NCBI GenBank assembly: GCA_000165425.1
Contig: CT868666.1
Location: forward strand, 310,001-349,785
Length of the DNA stretch: 39,785 bases
Source of the DNA: Paramecium tetraurelia
Taxonomy: Eukaryota
Direction of reading: 5' to 3'
This document shows positions 12,101 to 23,526 of this stretch, one piece after another. Numbering within the stretch: position 1 is the first letter of the stretch; each line of letters begins with the position of its first letter. Position numbers and translations under genes: made by a program. The notes beneath the pieces were generated by a model. The model searched no databases. It worked only from the letters and a program-made list of their open reading frames with translations, and was not told where the DNA came from.

Positions 12101-14553
12101 TTTTCTAGTTTCTTTTTGTGCACCTTTTTATCTATATCTGACAAGAGTTATAAAACAAGTTTTAGTGTTAAAGGAGTATAAGTCAAATTCTTGTTTTAAT
12201 TATTGTTCAATTTTTTCATTAATTCTCCTGTGCTTTATATTGTTTTGAGATCATTCTTTAATTCAGATAAATGATCTTCTAATATATTTTAGAAATTTCT
12301 TTATATCTTAGGCTACATACTATCGATGAGTTCATCAGCAAAAATTAATTCATGATTACTAGTTTTTTCTACAAGAGCATTGACTTCATCAAGAAAGTAA
12401 GCAGCCCATAATTCAGAAAATTGATATGCATCCTATTATTGTTATCCTTAAATCCTATATAATTTTAATCGTACAACTTCCCTTTAGTATTATTTAAGGT
12501 ATTCCTCAATACACAGATCATCAAATATTTGTATTTGAATTTCAGTCAACAGATTATAACTCTACACTATTTATTTCTTAGATATAAAAGATTCTGAGCT
12601 TGTCGTTATTATTTTTACATTATTACCGAGTTATTTTTCAAAATGATTTTTTGTACACAATATATACTTTTCATAGATTTAATATCTCATTTCATCTAAC
12701 CCATCAAATAGTATAACAATGTTCAGTTCCCCATTCTGTATATCATCAGTAAAACTTTTAATTTGTTCATCATTGAAGAAGATTCCACCTGCATTTAAGA
12801 GTTAGCTCCAAAGGACTTGATTGGATTCTTCTAAATTAGCCAAACGGATTAAGATAGGAACCCATTTTTTTTACTTTGAAATTGATTCATAGTGTTTTAT
12901 TAAAAACAATTACAATTACTTTAAAAAGCTACTCTTACCCGATCCTGCCATTCCTTAAACCAAAAGAAGATCACTGTTGTTGTTCTCTCTCCAAAGAAAA
13001 TCATTAACTTCATAAGTCTTTACTTATTCAGCTTCAAAAGAGGCGACTTCCTTAAATAAATAAATGGACTTATCTGAGTTTTATTAAGAGTTTTGTTAAT
13101 AATGATTGATTTCTCTTGAGACTTTTAAAGGAATGTTGATATAAATCTAGTTTTATTAATTAAAAATAAATTCCTCTTATAGCTTTTATCTGAGATTTTT
13201 TAATGGCAATTTATATGGTTTAAGTAGTTAATAGGATTCTTATATTTCCTGGGAATTCTCCTAAATACCTTAAATCTTTTCATTTTACAAGATCATTCTA
13301 GCATTCTCATCCTGTTCACAATTTAAGAATAAACTAATTAACTCTATACAAGTTAATTTAATGTCTTTTTGTTCTTATTAATTTTTATTTATTGTCAAAC
13401 AAAATGCCAAATAACATTTAATGGATGATGTGCATTTAGTCTTAATATAATGTTCCCAGATATTAATGTTTTCTTAAATTTAGAATTTTATCAATTGACT
13501 AGATAGCTCATTAAAGAGTCCAATCAATAAATCCTTTTATACATCATTTGTAAAGTAATTCTCTAAAGATATTAACTCAAGCAGAATTTGTAGAAATCCT
13601 AATTATACCTTCCAATTTTAATTATTTTGAATACATAATTGATATCCTTTCTACAGTTATTTAACAATCTATTTGACATCAACACACTCCAAACTTGTTA
13701 TCATTCTTATTATTGTCAACTTTAACTATTGAAAGAAGTAGTATTTATCATATTCCTTATTGTTATTATCTAGTAATAAATTATTAGCATCTTAAAATAA
13801 TTTAAAAATCAACTCATTTTAATTTTAATATTTATTTTATTCATAAATAAATTTCTCTAAAATCTTTACATTTCCATCTTACTAATAATTAATAGCATCT
13901 TTCATCAATTACAATTAATATTCAAAAAGTACATCTAAGCCTTTTTCATGTTGATATTTTTCCTTGATTAATTCTAAATTATCCGAAAATTTGTGCAAAT
14001 TTTTCATTGTATAACAATTAAAGATCTTAAATTGTTAAAATAGAACTTGAAATAAATTTTGAGTAAATTAGAGTAAATTAAAAGCTTAATGGATTGGCGA
14101 CTTTAGTACGCATAATAAAAGATTGCCAATAGCTGTCTCAATAATCTCAATTTGAGTTTGATTCAGCTTACCTTGATTTGATAAGCTATAAATATTTTCT
14201 TTTGAGTTTAACCACTACCCTACTTTTTTTAATTATTCTATCCCCTCGCTCTCTATTAATCTTTGAAGGAGAATAATGTGATATTTCAGATCTTGGAAAA
14301 TATCTTGTTAACTAAACATGTTTATTAGACTTTATAAAGTTGCTTGATTCTCCTATTACCTGGGGTTGTTACAAGAAGCTGGTACTCCTCCACAATAGCC
14401 TATATTGTTGTGAAAACCTTAAGTTGCATCAATTACTAGGTGAAATGGTGGTTAAATAATGACTATGTCACCATTTAAATTCCTAAGTCTTTAATTCCAA
14501 TCGCTATCATCAGAATAGAAAGGATAATCACATCCATTAAAATTTTATTTCAT
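6149..14553 (-). CDS. Giant NACHT (STAND) NTPase - pentapeptide repeat - WD40 repeat protein, about 2,790 aa (ciliate NLR-like family)
   Basis: Walker A LLVQGMAGSGKSS (12931-12954), WVPILIRL, Walker B IVILFDGLDE (~12692-12720), winged-helix motif FVNQSILEYF, pentapeptide-like DLRGIKLNKTNLSGLNFFGSNLDQSMFKEVSINYCNFNNTSL (~11160-11290), then many degenerate WD40 blades (VKLWNL, IIIWDI, LKFWDV, VQFWDV). One 23-nt intron at 6320-6342; span minus intron is 8382 nt, divisible by 3. Frame spot-checked at homopolymers, not codon by codon. Confidence 0.88.
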
Positions 14554-14968
14554 AGTTTAATGATATGCAAAAATTAATCAAAAAATGATATTTTCCATCC
14601 AAATTATGGAATATTTAATTTCTTATAAGAGTCGTGCTATTTATAATTTATTCAAAATTTTAAAAGGTGTAGAAAGGTCAATAAAAATCAACTCTTATAT
14701 TGAATGTTGAATTTTTATTCAAGATATTTTAGATAATAGAGATAGGTTTGTTGGGTAAATATTTTATTTTCTTATGTATTCAGCACCAAGGTATCAATTG
14801 GGTTTAGATTCAAGATCAAATGCATTATTTGATTAAACTCAAGATTAGCGAAATAAAGTACATTTTTTTATATTATGTAAAAATAATTGGAATAAAATTT
14901 TAATTTAAAAGAATAATAAAATGAGACCTCCTTGATAGTTATTAACAATAATAATTTTCAATATTACT

Positions 14969-15708
14969 TCATTCTCCTAAGTCTTTATATTCTAATGCTC
15001 TTGTTAAGGGTAATGTTTGAGGATACACCTTTTCTTATTCTAATTCAATTTTTATGTCTCCCAAGTACAATTCATTATATTCTTCAATCGACATAAATCT
15101 TTTATGTAGTAGCATGTTGATATCATCCAAAGAAATGAGGAAATCATTGTTTATTTTATTTTATTATTTATCTTTTTAAGTTCTTGAACTGTGTTTAATT
15201 CCAGCATTACATACTTATTAATACAATTCCCAAACTCTTTCTTAACATTAAGCTTCTGTTTTATCCATGTCTGACAATTGAGGACCGGTTTGAAATAGGT
15301 TTTCACAATACCACCTATCAAAACACCTTGTAGGATTGTCCTCATTCACAGTAACGATATTAATCATGCTATAGATGTTCTTCTCTTTTCTATACTCGGC
15401 ATACAAATTGCGCATCCATAGATTCATAACGTGTGATTGAGTTTCGACCAGATGCAAACTAAATAGTCCTCGAATCAACATGAATCCAGTAATTTAACCC
15501 TGAGTATCACTCAACTCTTTAATCTATAATCTAAAGATAATATAACTTATTTAGTCAAAACTTATTCAACATCAATTTTTTGAATAGCGCTTTCACTAAA
15601 GTAAGTAGCATACACCATTCTGCTAATTGGCACTTGCTTCTCCTCTCTTTTTTCTTTAACAATATCATATAATGAAAGTCTTTATTCAACTTGAATTTCT
15701 TAATTCAT
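14969..15708 (-). CDS. TEX47/DYBLUF(MOT7)-like BLUF-fold ciliary protein
   Basis: ISRMVYATY...QITGFMLIRGLFSLHLVET...INIVTVNEDNPTRCFDRWYC follows the BLUF pattern (Y; ITG.L; xLE; R.F..W). The C-terminal FMSIEEYNELYLGDIKIELEQEKVYP resembles the TEX47 tail. 23-nt intron at 15524-15546. Confidence 0.72.
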
Positions 15709-16732
15709 ATAATTTATAATTAATTAATATAATACAATAAGAAAATTTACATAATAATTTGATTATCATATATTTTTCTATTCGGCTAAGGCAATAAATG
15801 AAGTTCGAATTCTGTCAAATGATGGTTTCAAAAATGAATATACAATATCTTAGAAAAGTTAATTCCACAAAATGAAAAGCTGAAGAAATTCAATTAATAA
15901 ATGATGGGCTAGTTTAATAAATCGTTTCCTCTTCACTCAACTTGATTTATTTTTGTTTTCAATTTTGCATTAATCGAGTATTGATTATGTAGAATCCAAT
16001 TTTCAATGCAACAGCTTGTATAATAATTATAATAACAATAATTTGTTTTGCTTACTATTTATGAAACACTAAAATATGGAGCTTTAATTCTTGTCTCTAA
16101 TTACTAATTTTTTCAATGATTATTAATCTCTAATTTAGTAACTTAAGTAAGTGAGCATTTGTTCGAATAAGTGTTTGTAAATTCTCATTAAAATTTTTGA
16201 CTATAAGATAACTTATAAGTTGTTGCATTTCTATAGGAGTTCTTCGTCTATCATGCATAATTTATGCTAATCCGTTAGGAGTATCTTCATTTTTATATAA
16301 ATAAAAAGTAAAGCAAAAAATTAAAAGGGATTAAATTAATTCCTTTTCAAAGAATATCTAAAAATGAGGAACCTAATATAGATACTTATCAGTTATGCCT
16401 TAAATTCTATTATTAATTTGGCTAAATTTAAAATAGTATTATTGTCTGATTATGAATAATGGAATCTTAAATTTATAGCGTTATTTAAAGTCATAATAGT
16501 TTTATGAAAATAGCATTAAATATTTTTGGAGATAAACGCAAGTTAAATTTGAAATAGGTTTTTAGCCTTCTACAAAATTATTATAAACTGTATTTGACTT
16601 ATGGAGGTAATATCTTTTCTAATCAATCATTTATATCGAGTTCATGAATGGGTAGAAGAGATTTAGTAGCATTGAATGTCGTTTTAGAGGTTAGAATGCA
16701 TAATATTGAAATGATGATTTTTATGAATTAAA

Positions 16733-18199
16733 ATGTAATCTTATGAGAAAGCATTATTTAATGTACAAGTGATAAGAAAACACTTCTTCAAAGATAGGGT
16801 TTACCAATTATATTTATTTGCTGATGAATTAGTGATGACAGATGTAAGTTGATCATCAAATTAGGATCCGACTAAAAGTCCAAAATACATTTTGAAAACG
16901 AATTTAACAACTACGATAAAGTGGATATGCGAAAACAAAAGGATAGTGGCTTTTGAATTTTCTTATAACGGAAGGCCTAAGGAAGTGTATGGGCCCAAAT
17001 TGAATCTTCTCAAGGAGATGCTAGCTGGAAAAGTGTTTTTCAGTCCTGTGTCTTAATTCTATTAATTCCATATGGAAATAGGCAGTGGGATGACAGGATC
17101 TGTCTATAGGTGTATTTCGATTGAAAACAATGAAAAACTATTTTGCGATAAAGAAAGTAGATAAGATAAAAATAACCTAAAATGATGGGGGCAATAGTAT
17201 TGATTTCTAAAATAATAGCCTCAACTAATTCATGAGCTCAGCTTGTTGAACCAATTACAGCATCCGAGTATAGTGAAATTGAAGGAAACATATGTTGACG
17301 AACAAAATTATTATATAGTAATGGAATACATCAATGGAAAGACTTTATATGCAGAATTGTAGAGCAGACATTATGGACTCTCGGTTAATGAAACGATTAA
17401 GATAATGAAGGTAATGTTTGATTGAGTTTTTAGGAATTGTTGGAGGCAATCATATACATACACAACAAGGGTATAATGCACAGAGATATTAACCCTTTGA
17501 ATATTATGAAGGCGGAAACCGTAAAGTTGATTGATTTTGGATTGGCCAGAAAGATAAGAAATTAGTTAATATTTCCAACTTCAGGAACTCCAGGATATAT
17601 GGCTCCGGAGATCATTAATTTCAATAAAGAGAAAGCCTATGATGAGAAGGCAGATATCTTTAGTCTTGGTTGTGTTCTGTATAAATTGTATATACTATTA
17701 ATTAATTAAAGGTTGACCGGGGAGAATCTATTTACTACTAAACAGGGTAAATAAACGGTATATTAATCCAATAAAGAAGGGGGTTTCGAGTTGAAAAAGT
17801 AATTGCAACATCCTGAATGCAATTCTAATAAAATGGACTAATTATTTGTATTAAATGTGAAGATCTATGTAGATTCTACTTCCTCACATGTTGGAATAAA
17901 ATCCATAGTTGAGATTAAACGCGAAAGTTTGTTTGACTGTTCTGGAAGAGATTGAAAACAACAATCTCTAAGTGGAGAGACTGATAAAAAAGATCTTGAT
18001 TAGAAAATAATTAGCCTTTAATACATCGGAAGAACAACAGCAAGATAAGAGGAGTGAAGAGAAATTGTAAAAATGCAAGTTTAGACAATCAATCGATGTC
18101 TAATCTAAAAAGAGTTTGGATGAAATCTCTGTGTATTCCAAGAATGTCATGTTATAAAATTAAAAAAGGGTTATACTTGCTCAGAAGAAATAGCCTTGA
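16733..18199 (+). pseudogene. Ser/Thr kinase (CAMK-like) with N-terminal PH-like region, interrupted by two +1 homopolymer frameshifts (pseudogene or assembly error)
   Basis: [72 protein letters not shown]. Joining subdomains I-III requires removing one base at A5 (17133-17137) and one at G5 (17187-17191). As written the frame stops at TGA 17183-17185. Confidence 0.75.
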
Positions 18200-18272
18200 T
18201 GTATTTATGATTCTTTGTATTCAAAATATTAATTGTATTGTTATTTATGTTACTATTCAATATGTATATATC

Positions 18273-19095
18273 TCAAAAGAATACATCTTCATCAGGTTAT
18301 TCTTCTGCCAACATATCATAACTCTCTCTCTCTTACCAATTCATGTCCTCCACTTCCAATTGTCTTTTGGCTGTTTCTTGGTTTTACTTTTCAATTATTT
18401 TTCTCTTGTTGTCAAGCACTTTCTTCAATCTATTGATAATTCTAAAATAAACCTGAAAAAATCTTCTTTTGACATTTCGTCCAATTCCATATCAATGTAA
18501 TTCATAGTAGCTGTGAATCTAGGAATGACGACATATTCAAGAGCATTGACTCTTCGATTTGTAACTTTGATAACTTGATCCAATGAAACAAAAGAAGTCT
18601 AGAAATCCAATTTATTTTATTACTTAATATGATGCAATTTTAACAAGAAGCATTAACAAATCCTTAAACTTATCTCTGCATCTTTGAATAGATTGACCAC
18701 CTCTGGCCAAACCTATTTGACTCATACTCGAATCTGAATCGTCCACTTCCCTAATATTTACTTCAGGCAACATGACACCGGCAATGTTTTCACTTGAGAT
18801 TTCCAATCTGATTGTTGCTCTCTTTACAGCATCCTTAACATTTTAGCTATTGTTAATACTCATAATACTGGAATTCGCCTGCAGCATATTATGCCTTTGC
18901 GATCAACAATAATGCTTCTTGAGCTTCGTCACCCATGAATTTCTTGTTCTCCAATAAAGCAACCATCACTATTCTGAACTTAGTTTTCAAAGCATCACAC
19001 TTCTTCTTTAACAATTCATGACCCTTCTTTGCTGAGATAATCTTAGCCTTGTACAAAGCCAAGTTCATTCTACTAGGAACCACTTATTCTGCCAT
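18273..19095 (-). CDS. ATP6V1D: V-type proton ATPase subunit D
   Basis: [12 protein letters not shown]...[14 protein letters not shown]...ENIAGVMLP...GLARGGQ...[31 protein letters not shown]...[14 protein letters not shown]. Introns at 18599-18623 and 18847-18868. Confidence 0.96.
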
Positions 19096-19324
19096 TTCTT
19101 AATATCAAATTTAATAAAATTAATTATATTTATATAAAATTCAATCCTAAATAGAAGATTTAAACTTCATATAATACATCCAATAATACTTCTCCTCAAA
19201 ATCCAAACTTCAGAACAATCCTGATTATGTATCATTTCTTGAAAAAACTACTACATACTCTTAACTGCTACTCTTGCATGATATAAAATTTATCATAAAA
19301 TATATATATATATAATAGCAAAAT

Positions 19325-19858
19325 TCAGTAAAACTTCTATTTTAATAAATGAATTGTTGAATATGAATCTTTCCTCATTTTAATAGGTTTTTTAATTTGA
19401 TTTTTGGTTGTTTCAGGCTAGAAAGTGGGACATTTCTTTGGTTTGAATGGACACTCCACACTTTATCTCTATTATTGTATGGCTTCCCTCACCTTGATCG
19501 TTTATCTCACTTAATTTAACCAACGAATTTATCTATCATAAAAGACAAAGTTTTTTGGGGATGAATAAGTAGATTTATGTTTTGAGCTGTATTTAACAAC
19601 ATCTTAATTTTTTTCCGGAGAGCCCTAGAGTGTGTTGAAATTGGTATCAATGGAAATCAAGGCTCTTCTGGTTTGTTTCTTTTGTTTTTGTGCCTGTAGA
19701 AGATTAGAGAAGTTTTAGAATGGATCCACAACGTTTTCTTATTTCGGTGACTGTGGAATCTGATTAGGCTAATAGTTTTCAGTTTCTCCATTCTAAAAGC
19801 TGTCTTCCCCTAGAATTACGTAATCATGAGCTATTTCATATAAAGCAGACCGAAGCAT
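19325..19858 (-). CDS. Hypothetical protein, 177 aa (FYDRQIRW and ECPFKPK motifs of the kind seen in ciliate cytoskeletal low-complexity proteins)
   Basis: Uninterrupted 534-nt ATG-to-TGA ORF in code 6: MLRSALYEIAHDYVILGEDS...FVFYDRQIRWLNQV...VECPFKPKKCP...RKDSYSTIHLLKQKFY*. Confidence 0.7.
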
Positions 19859-19884
19859 TAATTTAACAACTATTTATTAATATT

Positions 19885-21694
19885 ATGGGATGTCTTTTTG
19901 GAAAATAAGAATAAACCTAAAACAGATATCAAATGAAAGAATATGACAAATTTAAAGTTCTGCAATTAAGTATAATTAATGGTTACTATCATCTAAGTTC
20001 AAAGTAGCGAAGAGATGTTTTTAATATTTAATCTTTAGGTATATTTATAACTAAATAGGGTGCATGGTAAATGAAATATTTAAACTTGTAGGAATCACTG
20101 GATTTATCAGAAATGTGATGGCAAACTCCTTTTATTTTTAAGTATATACAAAATCATCCTATTCTTTCTTAGATTAAGTGCAATAAGATCAGCAGATATT
20201 ATCACAATTATTTCCAATAAGCAAACAAAATTTCAAATTAGTAGTAATCAATGCAAAATATACATCAAGTTGAGCAATTTGCCAAAGCCTTTGTTTTACT
20301 AAATAATATAATCCGATGAAGCTTTCTTAAAAAAGAACATGATCAACAAAGAAGAAGTTTTTAATGAACAATACTCATGTTTCGACGAGTCAGATATCGA
20401 AATGGAATAAGAACCAGAAATCGATCTAGCCAATTAATCATTAGACCTTTCAGGCATTGATAATAATAACAATAATGTATCTCCAATAAAGAAAGCCAAT
20501 TTTGACGATGATAAAATTAATCATTAAAAGTTAATCTTAGATTATTTGGATCATTTTTGTCCTCAAACAGAAGATTAATATTATAAATGGTTGATAAATG
20601 AGAAAGTAATTCATTATCTCCAACAATCTTTGCATATCAACTTATGGTTCAATAAGTTAGATTTGGAAGAAAGGTTCGTTTGGCAGTAAACTAACACTAA
20701 TTCCTTTGTTAAAAGAAGGTTTTAATTGATTGAAAATAAATTGCTCATTCTTTTCGCATCAGAAACCTAGGATATAATTGGTATTTAACTCTATAATTTT
20801 TAGAACTTATCCCGTTAGCATATTCAAAAGTACAAGAAGCTCCAAAACAATAATATGTCAATAAATTTGGAATTTTTATTAAATGTGATAAATTAAAGAT
20901 AGATGTCTAATTGTTTTTTGATACTCTACTAGAATTGCATCAACTTTATTGTCCTTATCCTTAGAAATATGAAATCTTAAATACAACTAACAAATCACAC
21001 ATTGAATGTGTTAACAAATCTTTGGGATTAAAATTATCAATCCAACAATTCAAATTGGATAATAATTCTATTTCGAATTTAATTATTCATGATTCATTGT
21101 CAAATTTCAAAGGTGTAATCAAATCTCATGAAATCCAATTTGAAAATACCACAAATATACACTAAATATGTGAAAATATCCCATTTACACTTGATGAATA
21201 TCTACAATAAATAAAAAAGTTAAGTGGTAATTCAATATAATATATTAGAATTCTAAATAAGATTGATAGCCAAATAATTGCTAGTTATCTTTAACTATAT
21301 CCATTTGATGGGAGTGATAATTGTCTGCTTGAATCCTAATTAAATTGGGGTAATTCCAAATAAATAAGAGCCTGATTCAATCGAGAAGATCGCCATTTGC
21401 AACTTCTGCTATTCTTCTTACAAATTTAAACTGTACAATAAACAACAATTATCTGAATTTGCTGCCCCTGAAGCAAGCACTGGATAGATGTTTGATGAAT
21501 TAGTCGATTCCTATTTATTATACAAATTATTGATGTACATAATAAGAGGATAACAATTATCTCCAAATTTTAAGGATTTTTTGAGTAAATTGGAGAAGAG
21601 AATTCCAATTGAAAAAGCCCTGTAACATGATGTATTTAAAGACGAAACAATAACCACAAAAGCAATAGAAAACATGGTTATTTTAAAGAACTGA
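19885..21694 (+). CDS. Predicted N-myristoylated/palmitoylated PH-like domain plus pseudokinase
   Basis: Starts MGCLFGK. PH-like NSFVKRRFQLIENKLLILF...ELIPLAYSKV...FGIFI. Kinase-like C-lobe IAKQLLVIFNYIHLMGVIIVCLNPNQIGV...IAICNFCYS...EFAAPEASTGQMFDELVDSY...RIPIEKALQHDVF lacks HRD and DFG. Several tiny introns; the 5' exon structure is ambiguous. Confidence 0.68.
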
Positions 21695-22182
21695 TAATTA
21701 GAATGAATAAAATACAACAAATATAACACATCATTTAACACTTCAATTTCAAATATAATTTCTTCTGTAAATTTTCTTTCTTTGATAATTACATATATTA
21801 TTATAGTTCGTGTAGACTCAGTTAACAAAATTCATTAACCAAATCTTTTTTGCTAGTTCCTAAACAGCAATGCTACAAAATGATGAATAAAAGTGAATGT
21901 TTATAACTTGTTAACCATTGTCTTTTCTCAAAAATGTGAAGAATGCTCAATGTTACTATATTTAAATTATAGGTTAACTTGAATTAAGATAGGATGGTAA
22001 CTAGGAAAAATTTAGGTTTTTGCAAATTTACTATAAGTATGTAATATACTAAAAAATCAAGCAGAAATCACACAACAGAAGTAGAAAACTCATCTTAACT
22101 CTCTATATTTAACCCCATCTAATTTGTTTAAAATCTAAGTTCATTTATTTTTATTAGATGTTTATTAAATTAAAATAATTAA

Positions 22183-23492
22183 ATGAATAACAACTCTTAT
22201 TAATCGTATAAACCGTATTCTAGAGTTCAGCAATAAACCTATAATAATACTTAGATCCTTTCATATGTTGGGCAGGTTCTCCAGAAATCTAGAAATAATT
22301 ACACTTAATACAAATAGACTGAATCAAATATGAAGCATAATTCAAATTAGCAAAATATCAATACTGATTCTGATTGTAAAAATAATATGCATTCATCCAA
22401 AATAACACCACAAGAATAGATCACAGCATAGAAATATGACATCACTCCAAAAAAAAATATTCCTCTGCATCAATCTCAATAAAATAATGATAGATAACCA
22501 TTAATTCCGTTAATTCCGCTTATGTAAAATTTAAAAGAATAATATAAATAAGTATACTTAATTTCTTAACGTAGAAATAAGCCTTATTAGAGCAAACACC
22601 TACAAAACAACCAGAAGAACGGTTTAAGAATTTTAAAATAATAAAGAAACTTGGTGATGGAAAATACAGTGAAGTGTTTCTAGCCAGGCATTTATAAACA
22701 GGATTTTTGGTTGCTTTGAAAGTTATTAAGAAGAAGTAAATGATAGAAGAGATAATGGAAGCGTAATTGGCTTGGGAGATTAAAATTCAATATCTTCTTG
22801 ATCATCCGAATATCACTAAATTGTATACATTTTTTTAAACTTGTAATTAACTCATTCATTATTTCATTAGAAACTGAAATTGTTTTGGTTTTAGAGTATT
22901 GTTCACATGGTCAATTACTGGGTTTACTTTAGAAATAACCAAATTAAAAATTTTAAGAAAAAGAAGCATCCAATTATGTCCATTAAATTACATTTGCATT
23001 AATGTACATACACAATAATGATGTTATACATCGAGATATTAAACCAGACAATATCCTCTTAAGTTTTGGATAAGTTAAAATTGCTGACTTTTCATTTTGT
23101 GTCTACTCTCCTCACGCTTATAGATAGACATAATGTGGAACTATCATTTATGCATCACCTGAAATCTTAGAAGGAGATATGTACGATAAAAAAAGTGATA
23201 TTTGGGGTTTAGGTGTCTTAACATATGAATTATGTTTTGGTAAACCTCCTTGGAAGGAGCACTAACAAGAATTAATGAAAACTGTAAGTCTCATTTTATA
23301 TCTGTTATTTAGGCATGCTTTTTGATACCGTCTTCAGCATCTAAGGAGTTGAGAGAATTTATTGAAAGTTTAGTTAAAAGATTATCCAGAGAGAGATTAA
23401 ATGCAAAGTAAGCATATAATCACTCTTGGTTATAATAAACTTAATAAGTACTACCGCTATTCATCCAAGAAAATATAATCATATTTAATTGA
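22183..23492 (+). CDS. Aurora-like Ser/Thr kinase with low-complexity N-terminus
   Basis: [114 protein letters not shown]. Three tiny introns. Confidence 0.88.
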
Positions 23493-23526
23493 TGTTTTTA
23501 ACTAAGTCTTTTACAAAACATAAATT

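Noticed and set aside
15770..16700. Possible short minus-strand ORF (MKILLTDQHKLCMIDEELLQKC..., ~90 aa) and short plus-strand ORFs
   Set aside because: Several frames are similarly open because TGA is the only stop. There is no motif or convincing intron structure, so this is left unresolved.
17177..17185. AAA-TGA as a Euplotes-type programmed +1 frameshift site
   Set aside because: That mechanism is described for Euplotes, not Paramecium. The required shift lies upstream at 17133-17137, before the AIK lysine, so it would not restore the kinase.
21700..22180. Possible small gene between the pseudokinase and the Aurora-like kinase
   Set aside because: I found no consistent ATG-to-TGA model.
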